Origin: an uncultured bacterium
GTDB taxonomy: Bacteria; Verrucomicrobiota; Verrucomicrobiia; Limisphaerales; UBA8199
Length of the DNA: 64,000 bases
Assembly (NCBI GenBank): GCA_963749495.1
Contig: CAVVMW010000006.1
Coordinates: 1,056,001-1,120,000 of the forward strand
Direction of reading: 5' to 3'
The notes beneath the pieces were generated by a model. That model searched no databases and was not told the origin of the DNA. It saw only the letters and a list, made by a program, of their open reading frames with translations. Both the position numbers and the translations under genes were made by a program. Of the stretch, positions 1 through 9,789 are shown piece after piece (positions within the stretch are counted from its first letter, which is position 1; the number at the start of each line of letters is the position of its first letter).

Positions 1-258
1 CGCACTGCCACTATCGTTTTCCAGCGACACGGCGGGGAACAGGGCGCTGCCGGCAGGCCGGAGGTCAGCTTTGCTGAGCGTGCCGAGAAAGGGATCGAAC
101 TGGGGAAAGCTCACTGAGCCGATTGCGGGCGTCTGATTTCTCGCCCCGGGCGAGGTCACGGCTGGCGAAGGGGTGATAGGCAGCAATGCCGCCCCCGATT
201 CGCAGGCAACCAGTGCCAGCGCGGACGCCGCGGCGCATAACAGACTGCGAACCAGCAT
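1..258 (-). CDS. Secreted protein, N-terminal part (choice-of-anchor E / PEP-CTERM-type); runs off the window edge
   Basis: Not in the ORF track. Open frame MLVRSLLCAAASALALVACESGA...GSVSFPQFDPFLGTLSK...SLENDSGSA: signal peptide plus a PQFDPxLGTL motif typical of choice-of-anchor E domains. In-frame alternative starts at 267 and 288. Confidence 0.6.
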   Translation of the reverse strand, partial: MLVRSLLCAAASALALVACESGAALLPITPSPAVTSPGARNQTPAIGSVSFPQFDPFLGTLSKADLRPAGSALFPAVSLENDSGSA

Positions 259-383
259 GCTTTTCACATTGTCGCGCCCATCGTGCATGAATTGGCCGGC
301 CCTTTCTAGGGGATTCGGGGACATCCATAGTCAGTTTTGGGACATTGACTTTGGCAGGGCGAAGAAATAACTTGAGCAAGAGG

Positions 384-400
384 AGCGCGAATCGTGCCAA
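384..400 (-). promoter_or_regulatory. Sigma-54 (-24/-12) promoter element
   Basis: Minus strand TTGGCACGATTCGCGCT = GG-N10-GC with a TGGCACG core, facing the secreted-protein gene. Confidence 0.6.
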
Positions 401-407
401 GTTGTGC

Positions 408-435
408 TTGTAAAGGCGGCGCAGGCGTTTAGAAT
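408..435 (+). promoter_or_regulatory. Sigma-70-type promoter of rpoN, probably leaderless
   Basis: TTGTAA-N16-TAGAAT with ATG 6 nt after the -10 box and no Shine-Dalgarno. Confidence 0.5.
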
Positions 436-441
436 AGCGTC

Positions 442-1941
442 ATGGCTCACGGCCTACAATTGTCGCAACGTTTGACGCAATCGCTGGTGCTGGCACCGCA
501 ATTGCAGCAATCGCTGGCGCTGCTGCAGGCGCCCACCCTGGAGCTCAAGGCCCTGGTCGAGCAGGAGTTGCAGCAAAACCCAGTGTTGGAGGAGGCCCCG
601 GCGGCGGAGGTGGAGCAGGCCGAGAAGGAGGAACGCGAAACGCCCAAGTCCGCCGAGACGGCCGATCCTTCGGAACCGCCGGCCGACTTGAACGTGGACC
701 CGGCGCTCGACAAGGGCAACGGGGAGCCGGTGGACGATTTCCAGGCGGAGTTCGAGCGCCTGGTGCAGATGGACCAGGAATGGCGCGAGCATTTTGCGCA
801 GACCAACCTCCCCTCGCGGAGTTCTGCGGAGGACGAGGAGAAGCGGCAGTTCATGTTCGATTCCCTGGTGGCCGGCACGTCCTTGCAAGAGGTCCTGCTG
901 GAGCAGGTGCGGGAGTCGGCCCTGCCGGAGCAGAGCTGGCCCGCCGCCGAGATCATCATCGGGAACATTGACGATTACGGCTACCTGGCGGCGACCCAGG
1001 AGGAGCTGGCGCAGGCCACCGGCTTGCCCCCCGAGGAATTGTTAAAGGTGCTCAAGGTCATCCAGTCCTTCGACCCGCCCGGCGTCGGCGCCCGCACCCT
1101 TCAAGAGTGCCTGCTCCTCCAACTGGAGCGCTGCGGCCAGCAGAACACCCTGGACTATCGCATCATCAGTGAATTCATGGACGCCCTGGGCAAACGGCGC
1201 ATCCCCGAGATCGCCCGCTTCACCGGCGCCTCCATCGACGAGGTCCAGGACACCCTCCATCGCATTGGCCGCCTGGAGCCCCGCCCCGGCCGCGCGTTCC
1301 TCCCGGACAACGACCAGTACATCCTCCCGGAGGTCTTTGTCCAACAGAGCGACGCCGATTTCGTCGTCACCACCAACAACGAGCACATCCCTCACCTGCG
1401 CATCAGCAACACCTACAAGGACCTCATGGCCCAAGGCGGCAACACGGCCGAGGTGCGCAACTACATCCGCGAGAAGATCCGCGCCGGCAAGTTCCTCATC
1501 AAGAGCCTGCAGCAGCGCCAGCAGACCATCCTCAACATCGCCAAGGAGATCGTCAACCGCCAGCGCGACTTCATGGAAAAGGGCATCGCCTTCCTCAAAC
1601 CCCTGACGATGGTCCAGATCGCCCAGGTCGTCGGCGTCCATGAAACCACCGTCAGCCGCGCCGTCTCCGGCAAGTACATCCAGACCCCGCAGGGGATCTA
1701 CGAGATGAAGTTCTTCTTCACCGCAGGCATCCACACCGCCAACGGCGACGGCATGTCCAACACCAGCGTCAAGGACATGATCGCCGAAATCTTCAAAAAG
1801 GAAGACCCCACCAAACCCCTCTCCGACCAGGAAGTCGTCCACATGCTCCGGGAAAAGGGCATCGCCATCGCCCGCCGCACCGTCGCCAAATACCGGACCG
1901 AACTCAACATCCTTCCCTCCAACCTGCGGAAGGTGTACTGA
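442..1941 (+). CDS. rpoN: RNA polymerase sigma-54 factor
   Basis: Q/L-rich region I (PQLQQSLALLQ), NPVLE, DPPGVGAR, HETTVSRA HTH, RpoN box ARRTVAKYR. Confidence 0.98.
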   Translation: MAHGLQLSQRLTQSLVLAPQLQQSLALLQAPTLELKALVEQELQQNPVLEEAPAAEVEQAEKEERETPKSAETADPSEPPADLNVDPALDKGNGEPVDDFQAEFERLVQMDQEWREHFAQTNLPSRSSAEDEEKRQFMFDSLVAGTSLQEVLLEQVRESALPEQSWPAAEIIIGNIDDYGYLAATQEELAQATGLPPEELLKVLKVIQSFDPPGVGARTLQECLLLQLERCGQQNTLDYRIISEFMDALGKRRIPEIARFTGASIDEVQDTLHRIGRLEPRPGRAFLPDNDQYILPEVFVQQSDADFVVTTNNEHIPHLRISNTYKDLMAQGGNTAEVRNYIREKIRAGKFLIKSLQQRQQTILNIAKEIVNRQRDFMEKGIAFLKPLTMVQIAQVVGVHETTVSRAVSGKYIQTPQGIYEMKFFFTAGIHTANGDGMSNTSVKDMIAEIFKKEDPTKPLSDQEVVHMLREKGIAIARRTVAKYRTELNILPSNLRKVY

Positions 1942-1956
1942 AACGAGCGCATGCGC

Positions 1957-2181
1957 TCAGGCACGCCCGCTGTTCAACCTCTGCGCGCGCAGCCGTAGTA
2001 ACGCCAACAGGTCGGCCAGGTTGACTAATCCCTCGGCCTCCCGCTTCTCCTCAGGGCTGAGCGCAGAGCCGGCGTCCTGCCTGTCGAGTAACCGCTGCAG
2101 TCGGTGCTGCACGCCTTCGGGGAGCCGAAACCGCGCCAAGTCACCGGGGACTTCCACTTCCACTTGGATTGATTGGGGCAT
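1957..2181 (-). CDS. Small hypothetical protein, antitoxin-like
   Basis: 74 aa, RLQRLLDRQ...LSPEEKREAEGLV; resembles small helical proteins often found upstream of HNH or toxin genes. Confidence 0.55.
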   Translation of the reverse strand: MPQSIQVEVEVPGDLARFRLPEGVQHRLQRLLDRQDAGSALSPEEKREAEGLVNLADLLALLRLRAQRLNSGRA

Positions 2182-2349
2182 AACGTCATTCTCGATTTTG
2201 TCAGCCCACTTTACCCCTTCGCAGGCGTCCGGTTCAAGCTAAACCCACTGTCGGGCCGTGCTTTTGGGCAGGAGAACCGCGGTGACGACGGTGTTTCCCA
2301 CACGAGCTCTTGGGCTTGATACCCTTGCCGGGATGCGTATCCTCGGCGC

Positions 2350-5300
2350 ATGTCTGGCATCCGCAACTCGTTGCGCGCGCTCGCGCCCATTGTGTTCACG
2401 CTGCTGCTGGCGGGGGCTTGCGGGGGTGGCCCGGTGGATTTCGGGCGGCAGGAGCTGGCGGGGGCGTTGGACAAGGCCGGGTTGGCTGGGCGGGCGGGTG
2501 ACATCCTGGTGAAGGTGGGCGCGTCCGGAGCTGCGGAGGGTTACACGATCACGTTGGATGGGCGGCGCGCGGTCATCGAGGGCGGCAACGCAGCCGGGGC
2601 GATGTACGGGCAACTGGAGATGGCGGAGCGGGTGCGCTTGCGCGGTGCGCGGGCCTGGGAGAAGGGCGTGGTCAAAGGCCGGCCGTTTTTGGAGGACCGC
2701 GGCCTGAACGTCTTTTTGACCTTGCCCTGGGATTACCGGGCCAACCAGACCGATTACTCTCCCCAGGCCCTGGTGGATGGGGAGCGGTGGTGGTTTCAGA
2801 ATGACGATTATTGGCGGAGGCTCTTCGACTCGATGGCGCGGCACCGGCTCAACTGGCTGGACTTGCACGGCATGTGGGACGTGAGCGTGACCGACGCGCC
2901 GAACCTCTATGCCTATTTCATCCAGAGCGAGCAGTACCCCGAGGTTGGGGTGGCGCCCGAGGTCAAGGCGAGCAACTTGAGACGGCTCAACAAGGTCATC
3001 GACCTGGCCCACGAGCGGGGCATCAGGGTCAGCCTGATGGCCTACGAGGCGCAGTTGCGCACCCCGCACAAGCGGGACCTGCCCTACCCGGACACCGAGC
3101 AGGCCGCCTACCAATACACTCGGGAAGTGGTCGCGAAGATGATCCGCCAGGCCCCGCGACTGGATGCGATAGCCTACCGCATCGGCGAGAGCGGCAAGGG
3201 CGAGTCGTTCTTCCGCTGCTACCAGGAGGCAGTCAAGGCCAGCGGCAGGGACATCCCCCTGCTCACGCGCTCCTGGCTGGCCCGCAAGGGCTTGGTCCTG
3301 CCGTTGGCCCAGGCCAGCAGCAATTACCGGGTCCAGATCAAGTACAATGGCGAGCAATGGGGCGCGCCCTATTTGGTGGCCGGCGGCCGGATGGCGGGCT
3401 GGTACAGCTACTCGTTCGAGGACTACCTGAGTTACTCGGGCGCGAGCCCGGCGCTCAGGATGTGGCCCGGCAACCCGGCCCCGGAGGGCGGCCCCTGGCC
3501 GCCCGAGCCCTATAGGCCCGTTTGGCAGGTCCGGGCCAACGGCACGCACCGCATCTTCCCGTTTTACCAGCCCGACTGGGTGCGGCGGACGGTCAGGAGC
3601 ATGCGAGTGGGCGCCGCCTCGGGCTACACGGTCGAGCCGCTCAATGCTTATTATCCGGATTCGCCGCGCTATTACGTGGCCAACCCGGATGACCTCTACA
3701 CCAAATGGATACTGGAGCGTGATGAGCCCTATCTCATGCTCTGGGGGCGCTGCGGATATGACCCCGATACGCCTGAAGCGGCGTTCGATTTATGGTTCGC
3801 CGACACCTTTGGCGCCCAAGGCCAGGCCATTGCGGGGGCCTGGAAAATCGCCAGCCGCATCATCCCAACCGCCTACATGGCGTTGAGCCTGGGCCCCGAC
3901 CACCGCAACCACAACCCGGAGATGGAGTTGGGCGGCAACGTCGCTGCGTTCATCGCGGGCGAGCCCTTCGACACGTTCGCGGCAAAATCCATCAAGGAGA
4001 CGCTGGCGCTGGAGGCCGTGGGCGGCAAGGACGGACGCGTGCCCAATTTCGCTTACGCAGCGCGGCTCGCCGGCTATGGCGACCAGGTCCGTTCGGCCCT
4101 GGCCGGCATTACTGACACGGGGCTTCGAGGGCCTCCGCGCTCCGATGGAAAGAGCTTCGCTGCGCGATGCTCATGCTCAGCCACCTGGCGGATTATTACG
4201 CGGGGCGGTTCACATCGGCATACTGGCAGGCCCGCTCCGACCAGGAAGGCGGCCGCTACAATGGCCAGGCCAGGGCGGCCCTGGCGCAGTCGCGAGCCGC
4301 CTGGGCGCAGCTCAGCGATTCGCCCGAGGCCGGTTATTACAAGCCGTTCACCGAGCGCCTGCGGATGCACACCAACCAATATCATTGGCGCAGCCAGTTG
4401 CCCGCTCTCGACCAGATGATCGCCCATGCCTCCCCGCCTGGGGAGTCACGTCCGACCGGTCTGACGAGTCTGACCGGTCCGACGAGTCTGACGGCCCTGA
4501 CCGGTCCTCCCCCCGCGCCCAACTCCGCCGTCCTGTCCTGGACCGCCGACGGCGCCGAGATCCTCTGCCGCTTGCCCGCCCAGGGCCTGAGCCGCGCCTG
4601 GCTCCTGTCCAAACCACTGCCCAGCACCACCTTCTTCCACAAGGCCCCCATGAGAAAAGTGGGCAACTGCTTCGAGGCGCGATTACCACGGATGAATTGC
4701 GGGCACCAATTGGCGGCCGAGGTCGAGTTTGACGGCCACCTGGCCCGCGTGCCGCGTTGGGAAGATGCAGACCCCTACCTTGTCGTGCCCAGCCTGGCCA
4801 AACCGACCCCGCTCTATTACAGCAGCCAGGAGGCCATGGCCTACCTGAAGCCCGAGGTCCTCACGCCTGAGAAGTACGGCACGCTCCTCATTCCGACCCG
4901 AGGCTATCGCTTCTTCAGGCATTTCGACCAAGCCACCCAGCGGAAGATCCTCGACCCGGTCGCGCGTGGCATGCGCCTGGTCGTCCTGCAGCAGCTCTAT
5001 GGCGAGAAAACCTACGCGCTTGGGTGGTTGCCGGTCGCGCCGCGGGTGGAGGCGCGCCAGGCCGGCCAATTCGATCCGGGCAGCGCCCTGGGCCTGCCTG
5101 CCGTTACGGCGCCCGGCATCCTCTCGCAGGCGTTCCTGCCCACCCCGGGATGGGAGGTCTTCGGCAATGGCGGCGTGGCGCGCTACAAGCTGGGCAAAGG
5201 CGAGATCTGGCTCATCCAGGCGCGCGCTTTCCAACTGGCGCATTACCCCGAGGCGGCGCGACTGCTGGCCAAAGTGGTCAGCCTGGACCCCTCCAAGCCG

Positions 5301-5462
5301 GTGGTGCTCCTGGACCACTGTGGCGAAGGGGCCGACACCACCTCCGCCCTGTTCACCGACCTCATGAACGCCCTCGATGTGCCGTTCCTGACCCTGGGCG
5401 AGGTCATCGCCCTCGAGCAGGGCATGGATTCGTTCGCCAAAATCCCAGGCAAAAACCCATGA
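2350..5462 (+). CDS. Large secreted glycoside-hydrolase-like protein (about 1040 aa), one frameshift near 4120-4130
   Basis: Signal peptide; EGYTI...IEGGNAAGAMYG resembles the N-domain of GH20/GH67/GH115 enzymes; TIM-barrel-like MARHRLNWLDLH segment. ORFs 2350-4419 and 4167-5462 join by one indel. Confidence 0.6.
4450..4507 (+). repeat. Tandem 9-bp repeat (GTCYGACSR) in frame within the CDS
   Basis: gtccgaccg gtctgacga gtctgaccg gtccgacga gtctgacgg, encoding PTGLTSLTGPTSLTALTGP. Confidence 0.85.
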
Positions 5463-6217
5463 AGCTGGTTGCCGATCCTGTGGCCTGGACGTGGTTTGCC
5501 TTGCTGGGCAGTGCGTTGTTTTGCTTCATGCGGCGGCGCCGCCGGCGCGCCTGGTGGCTGCTGGCGATAGCCCTGGCGGGCAGCGTCTTTCAGGCCGCCG
5601 AGGTTCCGGGGCGCTTGATCGCCGGGATGGAGCGCCCTTTTCTCCCTCCGGCCCCCGGTCAGATCGCCCCTGCTGACGCCGTTATCGTGTTGGGCGGCTC
5701 GCTGACGCCCTTCGAGCCGAGTTACCTGCGCGTCGAGTTCTGCGAAGCCTCCGACCGCCTGCTCACCGGGATTGGCCTGGTCCGGGACGGGAAGGCGCCC
5801 GTCCTGGTCGTTAGCGGCGGCGGCGAGGGGCAACCCGCCCGATTCGCGGAGGCCCCGGCCGCCATGAAGTTCATCGAGCGTTGGAACCTCGTGACGACCC
5901 CCATTGAATCTTTGGGCGTTTCACGGACAACCCACGATGAAGCGGTTCACGCGGCGCGGTTGGCTTCTCAAAAGGGCTGGAAGAAGATCATCCTGGTCAG
6001 TTCCGCCCTGCACCTGAGGCGGGCCGCCGCCACATTCCGAAAGGCGGGGCTCGAAGTCGTTCCGGTGGGGTGCGATTTCCGCGTCCTCGGCTTGCTCGAG
6101 CCGGGGCGCCAGCGCCGCTTCAACCCGGTCCCGTCTGTCTTCACTGTGGTGAGCTTCCGGCTCTGGCTGGAGGAAGTCCTGGGCTTTGCGTATTACCGGC
6201 TGCGCTCCTGGGCTTAA
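5459..6217 (+). CDS. YdcF/ElyC/SanA (DUF218) family membrane protein
   Basis: ATG overlaps the upstream stop; two N-terminal TM helices; AVIVLGG, VVSGG, SRTTHDEA, ILVSSALHLRRA, VVPVGCDF. Confidence 0.9.
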   Translation: MKLVADPVAWTWFALLGSALFCFMRRRRRRAWWLLAIALAGSVFQAAEVPGRLIAGMERPFLPPAPGQIAPADAVIVLGGSLTPFEPSYLRVEFCEASDRLLTGIGLVRDGKAPVLVVSGGGEGQPARFAEAPAAMKFIERWNLVTTPIESLGVSRTTHDEAVHAARLASQKGWKKIILVSSALHLRRAAATFRKAGLEVVPVGCDFRVLGLLEPGRQRRFNPVPSVFTVVSFRLWLEEVLGFAYYRLRSWA

Positions 6218-6383
6218 GGACTGGGGGGCGTAAATACGATGACGCATTCGGCGGTCCTTTTTGGCGCGGACTTCGTTGCTCGCTCCTTGCAGACCGCTGC
6301 GGGTATGCTCGTCGCTCGCGCCTCGTGAGCACCAAAAATGCCTCGCCGCCTGCGTCATCGTATTGACGCCCCCCAGCACTGAG

Positions 6384-6800
6384 TCAATGGCAGTTGCAGC
6401 CGTGGCCGCACGAGGCCTGGGCGACGTCCAACTCGGTCGGCAGACGGCCCAGTTCGAGGGTCTTGGTCACATACTGGCTGATGGACTTCTGCACCTCGTG
6501 CAGTTCTTCCTGGGCATCCAGAAACCCGCGCGCCACCGGGTTATCGAGCAGTTGATCGCGGTGCCGGTTGAAATCGTCGATCTCCTCGTTGCTCAACGGC
6601 ATCGAGAGCTGCTGTTTCTCTTGCAACGCCTGGCCCTTGGTGACCAACCCGTCGTACTGGGCGCGCGTGGTCGCATCCCCCATAAACGCGTCGAGCCGCT
6701 GGCGAATCAATTGCATGTTCGGTTGGTCCAGGATCGTCTGGCACAACTCCTTGGTCTTCTGGAGAACCGGCGAATCTTCGCTTGTGATTTGCACACTCAA
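6384..6800 (-). CDS. YlbF/YmcA (Com_YlbF) family regulator
   Basis: KTKELCQTI...LQEKQQ...NPVARGFLDAQEEL; Cys/His tail SCGHGCNCH. Confidence 0.8.
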   Translation of the reverse strand: MSVQITSEDSPVLQKTKELCQTILDQPNMQLIRQRLDAFMGDATTRAQYDGLVTKGQALQEKQQLSMPLSNEEIDDFNRHRDQLLDNPVARGFLDAQEELHEVQKSISQYVTKTLELGRLPTELDVAQASCGHGCNCH

Positions 6801-6877
6801 TTGGGTTCAATACACCACACCCCGGCTCTAAAAGCAAACCCCGGGTCGAAAAGGAGAGTGGCCGGGGCGCAAGCCAT

Positions 6878-6950
6878 CAGTGAAGGCGGGAACATCACAG
6901 GGGGCCGACCCCTCATCCCGGCTCTCTCCCCTTCGGAAGGGGAGAGGGAG
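6878..6950 (+). repeat. Intergenic palindromic repeat, CCCTCACCCC..CTCTCCC..GGGAGAGGG family
   Basis: ccctcatcccggctctctccccttcggaaggggagagggag; related copies at 9557-9735 and 39487-39526. Confidence 0.85.
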
Positions 6951-6970
6951 CGTTCTCACTAGCCCCGGCT

Positions 6971-7167
6971 CACCGCGTAGCGGTGCCCGATGGTAGCCGT
7001 GGACTTCCAGTCCACGGACCCATGGCCCAAGCTCAACCGCGTCGCGTAGCGACGCCCGAAAACCGCGAGGCTGTCAGGCGTCGCTACGCGACGCGGGCGC
7101 GTTCCCACGCCGCAAACCGTGGACCGAGGTCCACGGCTACCTTCACTGCGTCGCTACGCGACGCGCG
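6971..7167. repeat. REPIN/MITE-like composite palindromic element, copy 1
   Basis: Nested GCGTCGCGTAGCGACGC and GTAGCCGTGGAC..GTCCACGG units; reverse-complement copy at 58611-58823. Confidence 0.85.
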
Positions 7168-7292
7168 ATGATTCCCACGCCCCGGACCGTGGACCAAGAG
7201 GGCCGGGCTGAGGGGCCTGCCCGGCACTCCGTCTCCGCCTTCACTGACCGGTTACAACGGCCAGACGATTCATCATCTGCCCAAGAAACCAT

Positions 7293-7321
7293 TTGACTGT
7301 TCCGGCGCCCGCTGCTAGTGT
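7293..7321 (+). promoter_or_regulatory. Sigma-70 promoter of the leu leader
   Basis: TTGACT-N17-TAGTGT, 6 nt before the leader GTG. Confidence 0.7.
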
Positions 7322-7327
7322 GGCCCC

Positions 7328-7399
7328 GTGAACAAGAACCTGGACCTGCTGCTGCTATCGAGCGCGCTGCTGCTGAGTGGCGCGGCAGTCGGGTTCTAG
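7328..7399 (+). CDS. leuL: leu attenuator leader peptide (23 aa)
   Basis: GTG..TAG frame MNKNLDLLLLSSALLLSGAAVGF with 8 Leu codons (7 CTG, 1 CTA), directly upstream of leuA. Confidence 0.85.
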   Translation: MNKNLDLLLLSSALLLSGAAVGF

Positions 7400-7417
7400 T
7401 GTCCCTTGGAGAGCTGT

Positions 7418-7455
7418 AAGAACCCCACTGCCGGACGGCGGTGGGGCTTTTGTTT
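7418..7455 (+). terminator. Attenuator terminator hairpin
   Basis: CCCCACTGCC-GGAC-GGCGGTGGGG followed by CTTTTGTTT; the 5' arm is complementary to CGGCAGTCGGGTTC (7383-7396). Confidence 0.85.
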
Positions 7456-7501
7456 GCCCGGCCGCCGACGGCGCCAAAAATGAACCTCAATCGTCATAGC
7501 C

Positions 7502-9183
7502 ATGCTTAAGAACCCATCCACCAAGTACCGCGCCTTCCCGCCGGTGCCCTTGCCCGACCGCCAATGGCCCAACCGGGTGATGACCCAGGCCCCCGCCTGG
7601 TGCAGCGTCGATCTGCGCGACGGCAACCAGGCCCTGGCCGTGCCGATGAACGTGAGCCAGAAACTCGAATTGTTCCAGGCCCTGGTCAAGTGCGGGTTCA
7701 AGGAAATCGAGGTCGGCTTCCCATCGGCCTCGAACACCGAATTCACCTTCAACCGCCGGCTCATCCAGGAGCACCGCGTCCCGGAGGACGTCTGGGTCCA
7801 GGTCCTGGTCCAGGCGCGCGAGGACCTCATCGAACGGACCTTCCAGTCCCTGGCGGGCGCCAAACGCGCCATCATCCATCTCTACAACTCGACCTCGCCC
7901 GCCCAGCGGCGCATTGTCTTCGGCATGTCCCGGCCTGAGATCATCCGGGTGGCGGTGCGCGGGGCGCAACTGATCCAGGAGCGGCTGCCGCGCCTGGCCG
8001 GCACCCAGGTGCGGCTCCAGGTACTCCCCCGAGAGCTTCAGCGCCACCGAAGTCGAGTTCGCCCGGGAAATCTCCGAGGCGGTCATGGACATTTGGCGGC
8101 CGGCGCCCGAGCGCAAGATGATCCTGAACCTGCCGGACACGGTCGAGGTGGCCACGCCCAACGTCTATGCCGACCAGGTGGAATGGATGTGCCGGAACAT
8201 CAAGGACCGGGATTCACTGCTCATCAGCCTCCACACGCACAACGACCGCTGCACCGGCGTGGCGGCAACCGAGCTGGGCCTTTTGGCCGGCGCCGACCGC
8301 GTCGAGGGGACCCTCTTTGGCAACGGCGAGCGCACCGGCAACCTCAACCTGGTCACCGTGGCCCTGAACCTTTACATGCAGGGCATCGATCCGAAACTGG
8401 ATTTCAGCGACCTCAATGCCCTGCGCGAGGTCTATGAGCGGTGCACCGGCATGACGGTGCCTCCGCGCCAGCCTTATGCGGGAGAGCTGGTCTTCACCGC
8501 CTTCAGCGGCTCGCACCAGGACGCCATCAAGAAGGGCCTGGGCGAATGGGCCAAGGAGGGCGGCCGCCGGCCCTGGGACGTGCCTTACCTGACGATCGAC
8601 CCGACCGACATCGGCCGCCAGTACCGGGAGGTCATCCGCGTCAACAGCCAGTCCGGCAAGGGCGGCGTGGCCTACCTGCTGGAGACCGAGTTCGGCATCG
8701 AACTGCCCAAGGAGATGCAGCGCGAGTTCGGCCCGATTGCCAACAACGAGGTGGACCGGCTCGGCCGCGAGGTCAGTGGCGCCGAGTTGAAGGACATGTT
8801 CTGGCGCGAGTACATCGAGCGCGCCGCCCCCTGGCAGCTCGAGGGATTCGAGACCGAGACCAAAGACGGCGCCGTCCGGTGCCGCGCCCGCCTCCTGCGC
8901 GAGGGCCAGCCGATTCGAGCTCAGCGGCCAGGGCAACGGCCCGCTGGCCGCCCTGGTCCACGCCTTCGCCTCGGCGGGCGTGCCCCGCTTCGAGATCGCC
9001 CACTACAGCGAGCATGCCTTGAGCGCCGGCGAAGAGGCCTCCGCCATCGCCTACATCCAGATCCGCCAGCACGACGGCCCCACCCGCTGGGGCGCCGGGG
9101 TCGATACCAACATCGAACTGGCCTCGGTCCGCGCCGTGCTCAGCGCCCTCAACCGCTGCAGCGCCCCGTCCCAGGATGGGTGA
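7502..9183 (+). CDS. leuA: 2-isopropylmalate synthase (yeast/actinobacterial type); frameshifts near 8020 and 8920
   Basis: WCSVDLRDGNQAL, EIEVGFPSAS, HLYNSTS, SLHTHNDR, LFGNGERTGN, AFSGSHQDAIKKG, IRVNSQSGKGG; regulatory domain GNGPLAA...YSEHALS. Confidence 0.95.
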
Positions 9184-9243
9184 ACACCCTATGGCAAAGG
9201 CCCGGCCCACACTCTAAGCTTGGCTCCAAAACCAGATCGACTT

Positions 9244-9549
9244 ATGGCGGAATCATCCTCGGCATCCTCTGGGCCTCAGCCCCAAAAGACCAAACGCCCG
9301 CCCAGCGCGGCATTCATGAAACCGGTGCAGCCGGATGAAAAGCTCGCTGCTGTCATCGGCAACGACCCCGTCCCGCGCACCGAAGTCACACGCAAGCTCT
9401 GGGATTACATCCGCGCTCACAACCTCCAGGACCCGGCCAACAAGTCCCAGATCGTCGCCGACGACAAGCTCAAGCAGGTCTTCGACGGCCGCGACCGGGT
9501 CACCATGTTCGAGATGACCAAGCTGGTCTTCAACCACGTGGTGAAGTGA
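9244..9549 (+). CDS. Stand-alone SWIB/MDM2 domain protein
   Basis: AFMKPVQPDEKLAAVIG..PRTEVTRKLWDYIRAHNLQD..IVADDKLK.VF..VTMFEMTK. Confidence 0.92.
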   Translation: MAESSSASSGPQPQKTKRPPSAAFMKPVQPDEKLAAVIGNDPVPRTEVTRKLWDYIRAHNLQDPANKSQIVADDKLKQVFDGRDRVTMFEMTKLVFNHVVK

Positions 9550-9556
9550 GCGGCCG

Positions 9557-9735
9557 CAGTGAAGGCGCGGGTGTCACGGGGGCAGACCCCTCACCCCGGC
9601 CCTCTCCCCTTCGGAAGGGGAGAGGGGGAAGCGTCGGCAGTCTCCTGAACTTCCAGGGATCTCTCTGCTTCGTCCAGTGGCTGCGGAGAACTCTCCCTCT
9701 CCCCTTCCGAAGGGGAGAGGGTTGGGGTGAGGGGT
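9557..9735. repeat. Inverted pair of CCCTCACCCC-family repeats between convergent genes
   Basis: 9588-9629 and 9694-9735 are inverted copies; the 5' flank matches 6878-6908. Confidence 0.85.
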
Positions 9736-9789
9736 AGGGCGGGGACTCCGGCGTGCCGGGCCGGTCCGAGCTGCCCCGGACGCCCTGCG

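Noticed and set aside
6971..7167. Possible CRISPR array from recurring GCGTCGCTACGCGACGC units
   Set aside because: Units are inverted and irregularly spaced, with no constant-length spacers and no cas genes.
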